A DNA stretch of 63,933 nucleotides, filler included, from Aduncisulcus paluster (GCA_024181965.1; 36 parts of 36 records of this genome joined end to end with filler, not necessarily neighbours in it); one strand, 5' to 3'. Shown: positions 1-11,796, counted from the whole stretch's first letter. Made by a program: numbers and translations. Notes: generated from the letters alone by a model not told the origin.

Positions 1-1140
1 TGAAATGCATTATTACAGGAATAATATCGAATATATGGAAATTATTTTGATTAATTTGGAATTATTATTGTATATTAGTAAGATTTTATTTGATATTACT
101 GCCAGAAAATCCGCATTATACGGAATATTAAAAATGAACCTATCCCACGTAATTAAAATGTCAATTCAGACTATTACGGGATAGAACGATTAAATATAGA
201 GTGTATAAGAATGAATTAGTTATCTATATCAGAATTATATACCTTTAACATTGTTTTGAGGTTTTGGAAAACTCGATCTCTCTGCCACGGCTGCTATGTT
301 GTACGTAGAACGGAACGGGTTTCGGAAGGTGTATAATTAAACACTAAACTCAATGATTATATGCGGTATAAGGATCCCATATAGAATGAGGAACCCTGGT
401 TGGAGGATGCTTCTTGGAAGGACCTTTAAGAAGGTCAACCACGACCGACACAGAGCGTTTTGTCGGAAGCAGGTGGACAAATAATTATAATTAGTTATAA
501 ATAAGAAAGGATAGACTTTTGTTATCTATTTATAGAATTTTGTATGTAGGAGATTTCTTGACCAAAGATATAAAATATTAAATTCACTATGATCATAAAG
601 GAAAAGAAAAGTATTAATAATAGTATTAAGGAGATACAGAATATATCTAATAGAATATATAACAGATATATTATAATTAAGGAAGAGCTGAGCCTGGAAG
701 GACAAACTTTCCGGAGGGAGGATTTTGTATCTCGAGTTCACCATATTCCCGTTGGAGCAGGAACATGCCCTATCAGTGTTTAATGGTTGTAGTATATATA
801 CATAAGGATCACAACAAAGGAAGACTCGAAAGAGCTTTGAAGCCTGAGAGCAGGCATAAAAACATCTTGAAGGAGATCGAAAAGAAGAGGGCGTGGCCCG
901 AAGGGGCAAGCCCTTCCATCGCGGCCAGAAACAGGCAGTTCTGAGTCCGATCGATTTAGTTTTTATAGGTATTCAAGGTATTTAGGATGTATTATTGATG
1001 ATTTGTAAGGACTGGGTTTTGGCATATTACTGACTATCAGCGTATTAAAGGGCTGGATAGAAGCGAAAATCCGAGGTAAACAAATGAATTAAAGGTCTAT
1101 AAAGACAATATTGAGCATTATAAAGGAAGCAGCTCATACT

Positions 1141-1240
1141 NNNNNNNNNNNNNNNNNNNNNNNNNNNNNNNNNNNNNNNNNNNNTTAATTAATTAANNNN
1201 NNNNNNNNNNNNNNNNNNNNNNNNNNNNNNNNNNNNNNNN
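1141..1240. other. Artificial contig linker N44-TTAATTAATTAA-N44 (first of about 35 in the window)
   Basis: The same 100-bp spacer recurs throughout. TTAATTAATTAA gives stops in all six frames, and taxonomy/GC change across linkers. Confidence 0.99.
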
Positions 1241-1448
1241 TGGATGGTTTTCTGGATTGAAGAAGAAAGAGCATGAATGGGGATTGCGATTCTGGTGCAA
1301 TCTCATTTCCATGCTCTCCTCTGCTCCATCTCTTGTTCCTCTCTTGTCCCCTAAATACGATGATCAAATGAAATGGTGTCATGAAAGATGGTTCTACCCA
1401 CCACAGTATCAGAGCCAATATATTTCCAACATTTCAAAGCCCAAATAA
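1241..1448 (+). CDS. 3' fragment of a eukaryotic orphan multigene-family member (paralog of 25489-26626)
   Basis: FWCNLISMLSSAPSLVPLLSPKYDDQMKW aligns by eye with RWSVLFALLSTNSSLIPYLSPKYDETLIW in ORF 25489..26400. Confidence 0.6.
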
Positions 1449-2541
1449 TTCGTATTGTTTAGAATAATAATTCTAGTTGAGTAAATCTGATGAATAGATG
1501 GTTCACAAATTTCACCCGATAAAGTTTGTATGCAATCATTGAAATGGTTGGAAGGAATGGAATATGAACAAGAAAGGAAAATGTCGAATGAAACTTTCAT
1601 TTCCAATCATTCTTTCGTGATCTCTTCAATTGATGGTTAGAAACCCACACATTCTGGATCCTGAAAGATATATATGTCGAAATTCCTTTCTTAAACATTC
1701 AAAAATATTGTCCTTATTCTATTTTTAGACATTCTATTTTTAGAACACATGTTTGGATATTCTCAAGTTACACGGATATTTGGTCATACCATATCCAATA
1801 TCGATCCAAAAATGTTTATGCGTTCAAACTTACCGTTGGAACTCTATCTCAAGTCAGGACTGAAATCGCAAAGTATTACCTCGTCAACTTGTGAACATTC
1901 GCTAAATTGTGCACGAATCATGGAAATAACGAGTTATAATCATGAATTTAGAAGAAATCACACTTTGTATTTCTATTTTTAGAAAATCTATTTTTAGAAC
2001 ATCAACTTCTATTTTTATTCAAAGGGGCCTAATAATGGTGAGAAACGGATGGAAAGCGTTCATTTTCATTCTGCATTATTCAAATCCTGAGCATATGAAA
2101 TGTACTATCCTTTCTCGGTATTATCTCTCTCTCAGATCTGGGTGAAAGAAAGAATATCATTGTTCTGTGAAGCCATACAAGGAAACAATAGTCTCATATC
2201 TTTTGCAGACAATATCATAATCATTGGATTATTTCCATGGAAGTAGAGATAATCGTTCAGCTCCAATAGTTCACTCTGGCTTAGTAAAAACAAGGGAGTA
2301 GATCTTGAACTGTCGACTATTCTTATTTATCCACGCTCCTTTCCCTTCAATCTCACACAATACAACGTTNNNNNNNNNNNNNNNNNNNNNNNNNNNNNNN
2401 NNNNNNNNNNNNNTTAATTAATTAANNNNNNNNNNNNNNNNNNNNNNNNNNNNNNNNNNNNNNNNNNNNTGGCCAAACTAACTATAATGCGGTCCAATTT
2501 ATTAATAAACAGATCTCGAGCGAACCAATCTATTTTTAGAA

Positions 2542-4107
2542 TGTCCCTGAGAATGGTCACCACACAGGGTGTAATTGCAGAGTTAAAAAGTCAATATTAA
2601 TTAATATCGTCCGCTACTTGAGTATGCTAATTAAATAAAATATTAATCCTTGTTAACTCCCAGGATGTTCGTCATTTTTGGACACACCCAAGTAAAAGGA
2701 TATATAATACTTTATTAAATATTATGTCACTATAATCTGTTTATTAAGTTATATATTAACTCTAAATGATTTATATCCATTCAAACGCCTCTACGATGTA
2801 ATCCAGTAAACTCTATCATACCCCATTATATTATTTATTATTCCATATGTACTGTCGGTAAACCTTATGGAAATGATATTGAAGGTATGGGGTAAACTTC
2901 GGTCCATTTACAAGAAAATTTTCAATTTTCCACAACACTCAGAAGAAGCTATACCCCAAGCAATAACACACATATAATATATATCCATGTATGTTCTAAT
3001 AATATTTATATTTTGTGGTTGGGGTATCTCTATATTTATAGCGTTGAAGGGAGACATTTAATTGTATTCCAAGAATACATATAAACGCATAATACCACCC
3101 GGGATAGTATTCTTGTGGGTAATATATGTATTATTTTATTTTTTATTTCCTTGTTCATGGTTGTTATCAAATGTTGAAGGATATCATTATTGACCACATT
3201 ATGGAAGTCAAAGAGTCAAGGAGCAAATATGATTAACTAAAAAAATAATTTGAAGAAGATCTTCCATTTATTCGAGGTCTTCAAATTCCTCTTCTTCATC
3301 GAGATCAACAACGACAGAAGAGGTTTGCATTGTGGCTGACAACTCTGAACCTTGAGAGATAAGAGTTAAGCTGGCTCCTGATGGAGTAGAAATATCAGGA
3401 ATACTCTGTTCTGATACGATGGACTTCCAAGAAGTAGGGACATAGTGTGTCAAGATAGTGGTGTCAACAAATCTTTCATGAAAAGCATCATTGCAGTCAT
3501 CAATCATTGCTTTGAGTGTTGTACGATGTTTTTTGATATTTGACAAATAGTTGTTTGTGTGAATGGCCAGATACTTTGTGTAGAATTCAAGTAGTTTGTA
3601 ATCTGGCCATTCTGAGATAATTGCACCAAATTTTCCATCGTTCCTAATCTCTTCAAGAATAATATCCTTCCTGTCTGCTTAAGGGAGTCTTCTGTTGGTC
3701 TTGACAATCTTTTTTTCGTACTCATAGTGACACAGTGCAGCCAGCAATCTGACAGCAATCTTCTTTGAAAGAAACTCAATGGCGGCAGCGTAAACCTTTG
3801 AAGTGTCTAAAAATGCTTCAATATTGGTTGCAGTGACTGAGGTTTCTCCAGAAATAATCGGGGGGAGAGAAGAAGAGATCATCTCTTTAAGCTCTGAGTA
3901 TCGACGTTTCGTGGCTTTTAAAACCAACTTAACGTTTCTATTGATAGTCTTGAAGCTGTCCAAACCTGAAATGGGAGGGTTTGATTCCATTTTGTAAGCA
4001 AAACATAAATCACATAATAATAAAATTCTTTATGTTCTAATAACGATAAAAACTATTTATATTGTTTATTTTATTAATTTTGGCTGTGGTGACCATTCTC
4101 AGGGACA
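2542..4107. mobile_element. 1566-bp element with perfect 23-bp terminal inverted repeats (TGT...ACA termini) and no transposase
   Basis: TGTCCCTGAGAATGGTCACCACA at 2542-2564; exact reverse complement at 4085-4107, where the contig ends. Confidence 0.8.
3268..3990 (-). pseudogene. Orphan ~240-codon ORF with one internal TAA, cargo of the TIR element
   Basis: ORFs 3679..3990 and 3268..3546 are in the same frame. The sequence between them is open (ADRKDIILEEIRNDGKFGAIISEWPDYKLLEFYTKYLAIHTNNY). The only interruption is TAA at 3679-3681. The protein ends in an acidic tail. Confidence 0.65.
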
Positions 4108-4207
4108 NNNNNNNNNNNNNNNNNNNNNNNNNNNNNNNNNNNNNNNNNNNNTTAATTAATTAANNNNNNNNNNNNNNNNNNNNNNNNNNNNNNNNNNNNN
4201 NNNNNNN

Positions 4208-5514
4208 ACAGCAAAATTGATTCTTTACTTCAGGGTTATTGTATGAAAATTGACAAAAACAAACCCGCCTCGGTCCCGGAGTTTAGTCTAAACTTCCCAG
4301 AAGACCGGAAACCGATCGCCCTTAAATGCAGGAAAGTTCCGTTTCATTTGCAGAATGAGGTTAGGGGGTGGATCGATGAGTTACTTGATTCACACTTTAT
4401 TGTCCCCTCGAGGAGTGAGTTTGCAGCCCCTATTGTTTTAGTCAGAAAGCCAAATGGAGGCCTCCGACTATGTTGCGATTATACTTTGCTTAACAGGATC
4501 ACCCCGAACGACGAGTATCCAATTCCACGGCAAGACATGCTTTTCTCCGCCTTGGAAGGTAAGTCTATCTTTGCTGCTCTTGATCTCAAGAACGGGTACT
4601 TCAATATCGCGGTGGACAAGAAATCAAGACATCAAACGGCATTTATCACGCCGTGGGGTCTGTTCGAATGGAACAGGATGCCATTCGGCCTTAAGTCAGC
4701 ACCCGCTCATTTTCAGCGGTGCCTGAACGCGATCTTCAAGGGTATGATGCCTCAGAAGTGCCTCATTTATTTAGACGATATTCTTGTCTTCGGAAGCAAT
4801 GAAGAGGAATTCTTAAATAATTTAGCCAGTGTTTTGTCCAGGCTGGCAGAATACAATCTTTTCTTGAACTTGGAAAAATGCAAGATAGGTGTACGGAGAG
4901 TCCGTTACTTAGGGTTCTTTATTTCAGAAAAAGGCCGCTCGGTTGATCCGAAACGTCTAGAAGTCATGCGACAAATATCCCCACCAACGTCGCTAAAAGA
5001 GCTCCAGGCACTAGTTGGTAAGCTCAATTTCCTCCGCGAGTTCATCCCCGATTACTCCAGAGCTGCTGAACCTTTGACTCGAATAATGCGGAAAGGTTAT
5101 TCGATAAGTGAGTGGAAGGAGGAACAATCAACCGCTTGGGCAAAAATTTTAGATCTTCTAGAACGACAATTGACTTTAGAACACCCCTCCTTAGAAGGGT
5201 CGTTTATTTTACGGACCGATGCTTCTACATCTGGTATCGGTGGCGTTTTGCTGCAATGTACCCCAGATGGAAAGGAGAAACTTATCAATCTTTTCTCCAA
5301 AAAGTTTAGTAAGACCGAATCCAGATGGAGCACTATCGAGCAAGAAGCTTTCGGGGTTTACTACGGAATTATTTCGAACAGATATTATCTTTTGGGGAAG
5401 AAATTCCGCGTGGAAACGGACCACAAGAATCTCCGTTACATCTATAAAAGTCAAGTTCCAAAGTTGATACGCTGGAGGATGATGTTGGCACCCTTTTCCT
5501 TCGAAATAGAACAC
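4208..5514 (+). mobile_element. Ty3/Gypsy pol fragment (RT + RNase H)
   Basis: RLCCDY, LDLKNGY, MPFGL and YLDD RT motifs; TDAS, EQEA and TDH RNase H motifs. Confidence 0.96.
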
Positions 5515-5614
5515 NNNNNNNNNNNNNNNNNNNNNNNNNNNNNNNNNNNNNNNNNNNNTTAATTAATTAANNNNNNNNNNNNNNNNNNNNNNNNNNNNNN
5601 NNNNNNNNNNNNNN

Positions 5615-6703
5615 ATTCCAGAAGAGTCTACGGTGGTATATAAGGATTTTTCGATCGCAAGGGACCTCCAAGGACCAGTTCAGGATATAATAGATGTTTA
5701 TCTAGATGATATGATAAGTATAGAACACTTATCAGTGGAGCCATTTGACATCCGCCTTAAAGAGGGTACGGAACTAAAATGCCCACCAATGAGGAGGATT
5801 CCTCGGTGTTTCAGACCATTTGTTGAAGAGGAAACCAAGAGACTAATGCGAGAAGGAGTCATTCGGAAGAGCTCCAGTTGGTATCATAGTCCACTGGTAG
5901 TCGTCCCTAAGAAGGGGGGGAAACGTCGTATGTGTATTGACTTTCGCCAGCTAAATGCAGCTACGATTCCTTTTGTGCACCCCTTGCCTCGAATTGACGA
6001 TTGTTTTGAAAGCCTGTCCGGAGCCAAGGTGTTTGGGACACTTGATCTTTCCCATGGTTTCCACCAGATTCCCTTAAAAGAAAGGATCACGCACCTTACT
6101 GCTTTCTGCACCTCAAATGATATCTTTGAGTACGTTAGAATGCCATTTGGGCTCGCTAATGCACCAGCCCATTTTCAAATGGTCATGAACAAGGTCTTGA
6201 GGAGACTTATAGGCTGCTGCTGTATTGTGTACATTGACGATGTGATTGTATTTGGTAAAACAGCTGCAGAGTTTACACAAAACTTGGAAAAAGTTCTCAA
6301 ATGCATCGCTCAGTATGGTTTGAGCTTGAACCCTGAAAAATGTATATTGGGTGTTTCACAATGTGAATTCTTAGGATTCGACATTTCCGAGAAAGGAAGA
6401 AGAGTGGCCCAAAGCAGGTTGAGGGCCATCGATAAAATAAGGGAACCAAGAAACAAAAAAGAACTCCGTAGTTTTCTAGGCTTGATTAATTTTGTACGGG
6501 ATTTCATTCCGGAATGTTCAGGAATTTCTGGTCCTTTACAGGAATTGATAACCTCAAAACTTCCGTATAAATGGGAAAATAAGCATTTGAAAGCCTTTTT
6601 GGCAATTAAAGAGTTATTGAAACAAGCTCCAACACTTTCGTTTATTAAAGATACATCAACATTATGCCTCTACACTGATGCCTCCGATATCGGAATTGGG
6701 GGG
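5615..6703 (+). mobile_element. Ty3/Gypsy pol fragment (RT, start of RNase H)
   Basis: RMCIDFR, LDLSHGFHQ, MPFGL, YIDD, TDAS. Confidence 0.96.
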
Positions 6704-6803
6704 NNNNNNNNNNNNNNNNNNNNNNNNNNNNNNNNNNNNNNNNNNNNTTAATTAATTAANNNNNNNNNNNNNNNNNNNNNNNNNNNNNNNNNNNNNNNNN
6801 NNN

Positions 6804-7187
6804 TACAATAAATAACTGATTTCCAGACTCATCCTTACAACTTACGTCATATAATATTAAAGTTCCTGATTCTCCAGGACCTGGAGTTGAGCTTTCAGGC
6901 AAATATTCTATTGATTTAATGAGCTTATCTTTTGGAGAATATACTGCATTCAAAAGGCTTATTAATCTCTTCTGTGACTCTTCTCCTTTTTCCTTAAAAA
7001 GGATTTTAAATGTCGTATCATAGGTTGGATCAGCATAATTTATCTCTTTTCCGATAAATCTTCCTATAACTTGAGGCGTTGAAATCGTTTGGATCCCGAT
7101 AAATCTTCTTTTACCTATAACTTGAGGCGTTGAAATCGTTTGGATCCCATCTTCTTTAGTTTGGCTACTAGACTCACAGACTGACAT
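6804..7187 (-). CDS. Rpn / PD-(D/E)XK nuclease family transposase (PDDEXK_2), N-terminal part
   Basis: DPTYDTTFKILF...LISLLNA...YDVSCKDESGNQLFIV matches the Rpn N-terminal D-x-x-F-K motif and first catalytic strand. Truncated by the contig end just before the expected E-x-Q. Confidence 0.8.
7063..7148. repeat. In-frame 35-bp direct repeat (period 51) in the Rpn N-terminus
   Basis: CCTATAACTTGAGGCGTTGAAATCGTTTGGATCCC at 7063 and 7114; encodes GIQTISTPQVIG twice. Confidence 0.95.
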
Positions 7188-7530
7188 TTTTTGATTATTT
7201 TTGAATTACTAACAAAAACGTGTGTTCGATCAAAAGAGTGATTCTAAATTTAGACTTACCAAAGAAATATTGGCGAAAGATAAAAAAAACAGTGGATAGT
7301 TCTGAATTAACATTACTGTTATAGACAGTTTCTCTCTTATAAGGATTTATTTGTAAAGAACTGAGGGTCAATTATTTATTTACATTCAGCCGGCCCTGGG
7401 ATCCAGCTAAAGCTTCTTTCCAGCTGGATGTAAAAATTTTCCGGCTTGATGTAAATTCCTTTTTTCTTGGGAAATGACGATAAATATATGATATAAATTC
7501 AAAAATTAAAATAATGAATGAGCGCTTCGT

Positions 7531-8252
7531 CACTGGGACACATGTCTGATCAGCCGTGACTTTACGTAGAATCGCTTAGTATTCGCCCGAACATTATAGG
7601 CAGGCATGACGACTTAAGGTCGCTATCTGCTGTCTGGTTAGAGGAAGTCTTGGGTCTTCCTATTACTCAAGAAGACACTCGCTTCCTCCGGCATCTACAC
7701 ACTCGAACCCAGAGAGCAGACATTGTTGCTCATGCTTTTGGCACAAGTGACTGGTCTCAGAATCTTGTATTTGATGCTCAAATCACTGAGGTTGTATCGA
7801 CGAACATTATCCTGGATTTCACACGGAAGATCGTTGCAATTGGTAACTCTGTGACTGCTATTGTTGAGCTTGGAAGGGGAATTACTCATGCGTGTCTTAC
7901 GAACAAGGAGTCAAATAAGCGTTGTGAATACACGCCTCATCCTCCTCCTGGTAGTGAGATTGACCCTCGCTACTCGTTCGACTTTTGTCCCATGATATTT
8001 TCTTCAACAGGTGTTGTTGGTGAATCATTCCAAGAATTTCTTGCCTTGGTTCAACGTCATCATCCATCTCGCTGCATAGAGGAACTCAAGGTAGTGCTTG
8101 CTCGCTCCCTTGCTTATGGCAATGCTTTGAATCGTCAATCTTATGAGCTCCGCTGCAGTGGCCATGCCACTTCAGAAACTATCTACAACCACCGTCTCCT
8201 ATTTCCACCGCCTCTTATTTCCTTTTACTCGCCGTTCGTGTGTATCTCGTAG
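7531..8252 (+). mobile_element. 5'-truncated RLE-type (CRE/R2-like) non-LTR retrotransposon, endonuclease end
   Basis: H-x3-C remnant (HWDTC, 7531, different frame), in-frame RHD at 7602, RAD, D, K-x3-K-x3-Y and F-x-P-x5-G: the usual order of restriction-like endonuclease motifs. Confidence 0.75.
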
Positions 8253-8609
8253 GCGTGGTTTGATATAGATAGTGGGCAGATTTAAGGTTTTATTTGGTGA
8301 CTTCCGACTTCATCTATAGTCTCTATAGATCAGCTGCTCATGCTCTTCCCATACCGTTCTCCCGGAGAACTTCTCCGAGATTATGAGCCTCTTTATTACG
8401 TCGCCTACACCTATGTGTCCAACTATCTTCCAAACTCCGCCAGGAGATAAATAAAGCTTCAAATAATGAACGGGGTTGATCTGCAATTTTTTCACGCCGT
8501 GCATTTGTGACGGCATTTGTCGGCGACAAAGATTTTCACAAGCGCAGAGTTTTTCCGTCATATAAATAAAGATTTTGTGATATATAACAACTATGAATGA
8601 ATATTCACA

Positions 8610-9479
8610 TTATCCAGAGGCCCAGACCATTTGGATCGATTGATCTCCATGCTCAGGACAAACTAAAATTTGACAATTCCCACAGTCGCCGAACATAAAT
8701 TGAAAAAGATCTTCACCCTCAATCTGATACACAAATTCACAGGTAGCACCACAAATAGGACATGATCTGTAATCAGGAGATTGAACCCACTGCGGATATC
8801 CACCAATTCCATCCCCATCGAATTCAAATTTATCATGAAGTGAATCAAAGACGAGATCTAACCAAACTTCGTCAGAAAATTCAGGGAAATGCTGGGAAAA
8901 TTCTACATAATTAGGGAAACAGAGACGGGGAATGTATCCTGTAACTTTTTTACAAGAAAGGGTTTCGATAGGATCCGGAACGAGTGGATATGCTGTTGAA
9001 GCCGTTTCAACAAGAGGGTTGACAATCCGGCAAAAGTATTCTGGATCTTCCAATCCACCTGCATAGGTTACGGCTGAACATGAACCATCGAGTGCACGAC
9101 ATTTGAAGAGTTGGAGGATGGATCCGGACAAGAGGGATGCAGGTCTTATTTCTTCAGGAATATCATTTACACATAGTTGGAAAAAGAAAACAAGTGGAAG
9201 ATTATCATGTGGACAAATCGGATAGGGATGTTGTTCACTAACATATGGTTTCTTTCCACCATACTTCGAACAAAGTGTGTCAACATCATCAATTTCAGCA
9301 ACAGCCTCACAAGAAGTTGTGTATTTAATTTTTTCAAGAGATTTAAGTGCTTGGTAGAAGGAAGTAAGAGTTGCATCAGATGGGTATATAGAAGCACTGA
9401 AAGGAGGGTCTGCCTCTGCTAAAAGTTCCTGTAGAATAGGAAGGGTCAATCCATTGGGATATTCTGGAACAACTGGCAT
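8610..9479 (-). CDS. YwqG/DUF1963 family protein
   Basis: YGGKKP..P.CP..PL.F.FQL, IGGYPQWVQ and FMFGDCG motifs. Confidence 0.85.
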   Translation of the reverse strand: MPVVPEYPNGLTLPILQELLAEADPPFSASIYPSDATLTSFYQALKSLEKIKYTTSCEAVAEIDDVDTLCSKYGGKKPYVSEQHPYPICPHDNLPLVFFFQLCVNDIPEEIRPASLLSGSILQLFKCRALDGSCSAVTYAGGLEDPEYFCRIVNPLVETASTAYPLVPDPIETLSCKKVTGYIPRLCFPNYVEFSQHFPEFSDEVWLDLVFDSLHDKFEFDGDGIGGYPQWVQSPDYRSCPICGATCEFVYQIEGEDLFQFMFGDCGNCQILVCPEHGDQSIQMVWASG

Positions 9480-10038
9480 GGTATAAGGGTGTCAAGCTCA
9501 GAAAAATATCGTAAAATCCTTTCGATCAAAAATTTAGAGAGAACCTGCCTCGTCCTAAAAATACAATTTTAGCAGCCTGCTATGAACTGAGTTCAGAAAA
9601 AACAAAATCCGGATATGGTGTTGGCACATTTAAAGAGGAACAATTTCAAGGAATATTATTCATCGAAAGAAAGCTTATAAAATGAGTAATTCGAGCTAAA
9701 AGATTGAACCATCAAAAAAATAACAAATTTTGACTGTCAAAATTTGACAACCATCGCCCAGATTCAACAGATTCTCTTTATATTTTTTTAAAGTGAATTG
9801 TTTAGATTCTTTTGCCATTTTTGTTATCTTCCAGAAAATATTCCTGAGGTATATTCTGGTTTAAAAGAGTGGGTGAATGACAAAAGTAAGTGACCAATGA
9901 AAACTTGGAGTTTCCCTTATCTTATTTCGATGTTATCCGCAGTCTGCGGACCGCAGATCCATTGCTTATCCCAAAATTATCCCAAATATGATGCTGCTTT
10001 GAAACTGTGTTGTTCAGAATCCGGATATCTCCCGTGAT

Positions 10039-10583
10039 TTGACAGAATACATGTCCAATGTCTTTTCTTTCACTTCATCTCCCCCCTGTCACTTGTCCAA
10101 CCTTCTCCATTGCATGCCTATGATAGCCATGATTCCCTCCATCGAAACACTTCTGTCTCATGACTCTTGTGGCTTCATTCATGCTTCTCACGTATGTTGT
10201 GGAATGGAAATGGTATGGACACTTCCAAAGCGAGAGAAGAAATTGTATTGAACGAGGTCCGATCTGTTGCTCATTGGATGGTGAAAGAAGTGAAGAAGGA
10301 GATGAAGAAAGAGTTCCACAGCGAATCACACACTTTCCTCATCCAATACACCCCTCCCCAACATATGCTCGTCATGATGCCATTTGATGAGGGACGATCT
10401 TTGAGACAATCCGTGTATGACCTGATTGAATGCACAGGTGGCGGTGTTGAAATGTTGTTTGAACAGGGATCATGTTATTCATTTGAAGAATACGATCAAG
10501 AAGCATGGAGGAAAGGAATGGAAGAAGAAGAAGAAGAAGAAGAAGAAACTTCCCTCTTGATATCGAATGAATATGGTTATTGA
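10039..10583 (+). pseudogene. Frameshifted C-terminal part of the eukaryotic orphan family
   Basis: MIPSIETLLS and DEGRSLRQSVYD..GVEMLF..SFEEYDQEAWRKGME match the 25489-26626 products. The frame changes near 10230. Confidence 0.7.
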
Positions 10584-11420
10584 AGCAGAAATAATGGACA
10601 AAAGCAGAGTGTTCTCTAATATCTAGTCGTTCTCAATAATTCTATTTTTGTCTAAGATTTTTATTTTTTTTGGACATTTTAACTCGTTCAAGGGGATTCT
10701 CCNNNNNNNNNNNNNNNNNNNNNNNNNNNNNNNNNNNNNNNNNNNNTTAATTAATTAANNNNNNNNNNNNNNNNNNNNNNNNNNNNNNNNNNNNNNNNNN
10801 NNCCAAGAGGTCTCATTGGTAGAGTATAATGTGAAGTATTTTGCATTGTAATACCCTCATGGGTTACCAGTTGGCATTCACCATGAGGTGAGTGAGCAAG
10901 GGGTATGAACCCATGAGGGAACATGGGAGAGAGATGGATCAGAGGATAGGGAGCTGTGTCGGTGAGGCCCCATGTTGTTTGTTTGTATCGGGGTTGTTCC
11001 TCACAGTCGGGCCAGCGCCACTTATGTCCTCATTATCATCTCTTACTGTTTGGACATATACAAAGGAGAGAATAGATAACGAGTAACATGAAAGAGTATT
11101 ATAATAAAATTGGAAAAGATAGTAGATTGGAACGTACCGGGCAGTGGATGTGGAGAGATTAATGGGAAAAGAAACTAATTTACAAAGAAGAAGCATAGGA
11201 TATAGATCAGAGTGGGTGAGGAGGATGAGGAGATTGTGTGCACGGAGGTGCTAATAAGATAGTGGAACATATCCTTTCGAAGAAAGGATCCCTACAGAGG
11301 GCCGGAGGCACTCTGGGGGAGGGTTCGAGGGGGGGAAAACCCCTCGCATTTAAAAAAAAAAAAAGAGAAGTAATTTAAGAAAATAATCAAAGCAAGAGCG
11401 TCATCATAATGGGAGCAGAT

Positions 11421-11796
11421 CATAATGAGAACATGATACATAATCAAGAGATGGAATAAAGCATAGTCATGATGAAAACATATTAAACAGTCAAACGATC
11501 AAATAAAACATAATCATAATGAGAACATGATACATAATCAAGAGATGGAATAAAACATAGTCATGATGAAAACATATTAAACAGTCAAATGATCAAATAT
11601 AACATAATCATAATGAGAACATGATACATAATCAAGAGATGGAATAAAACATAGTCATAATGAGAACATATTAAACAGTCAAATGATCAAATAAAACATA
11701 ATCATAATGAGAACATGATACATAATCAAGAGATGGAATAAAACATAGTCGTAATGAAAACATATTAAACAGTCAAATGATCAAATTAAATATAAT
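11421..11796. repeat. 94-bp tandem repeat, 4 copies
   Basis: CATAATGAGAACATGATACATAATCAAGAG starts at 11421, 11515, 11609 and 11703. Confidence 0.95.

Noticed and set aside
297..816. Solo LTR bounded by TGTTGT...ACAACA
   Set aside because: No TSD, PBS, polypurine tract or gag nearby, and a 6-bp match can arise by chance.
1185..1196. Regularly recurring TTAATTAATTAA as a biological repeat or CRISPR
   Set aside because: It is always centred in N44 pads, so it is an artificial six-frame stop linker.
3679..3681. TAA/TAG=Gln genetic code (hexamitid type) for the eukaryote
   Set aside because: Long eukaryotic ORFs have no in-frame TAR, and YwqG and FKBP end in TAA at the expected positions.
11421..11796. 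CRISPR array
   Set aside because: The whole 94-bp unit repeats, with no unique spacers and no cas genes. The same applies to 51095-51238 and 35194-35354.
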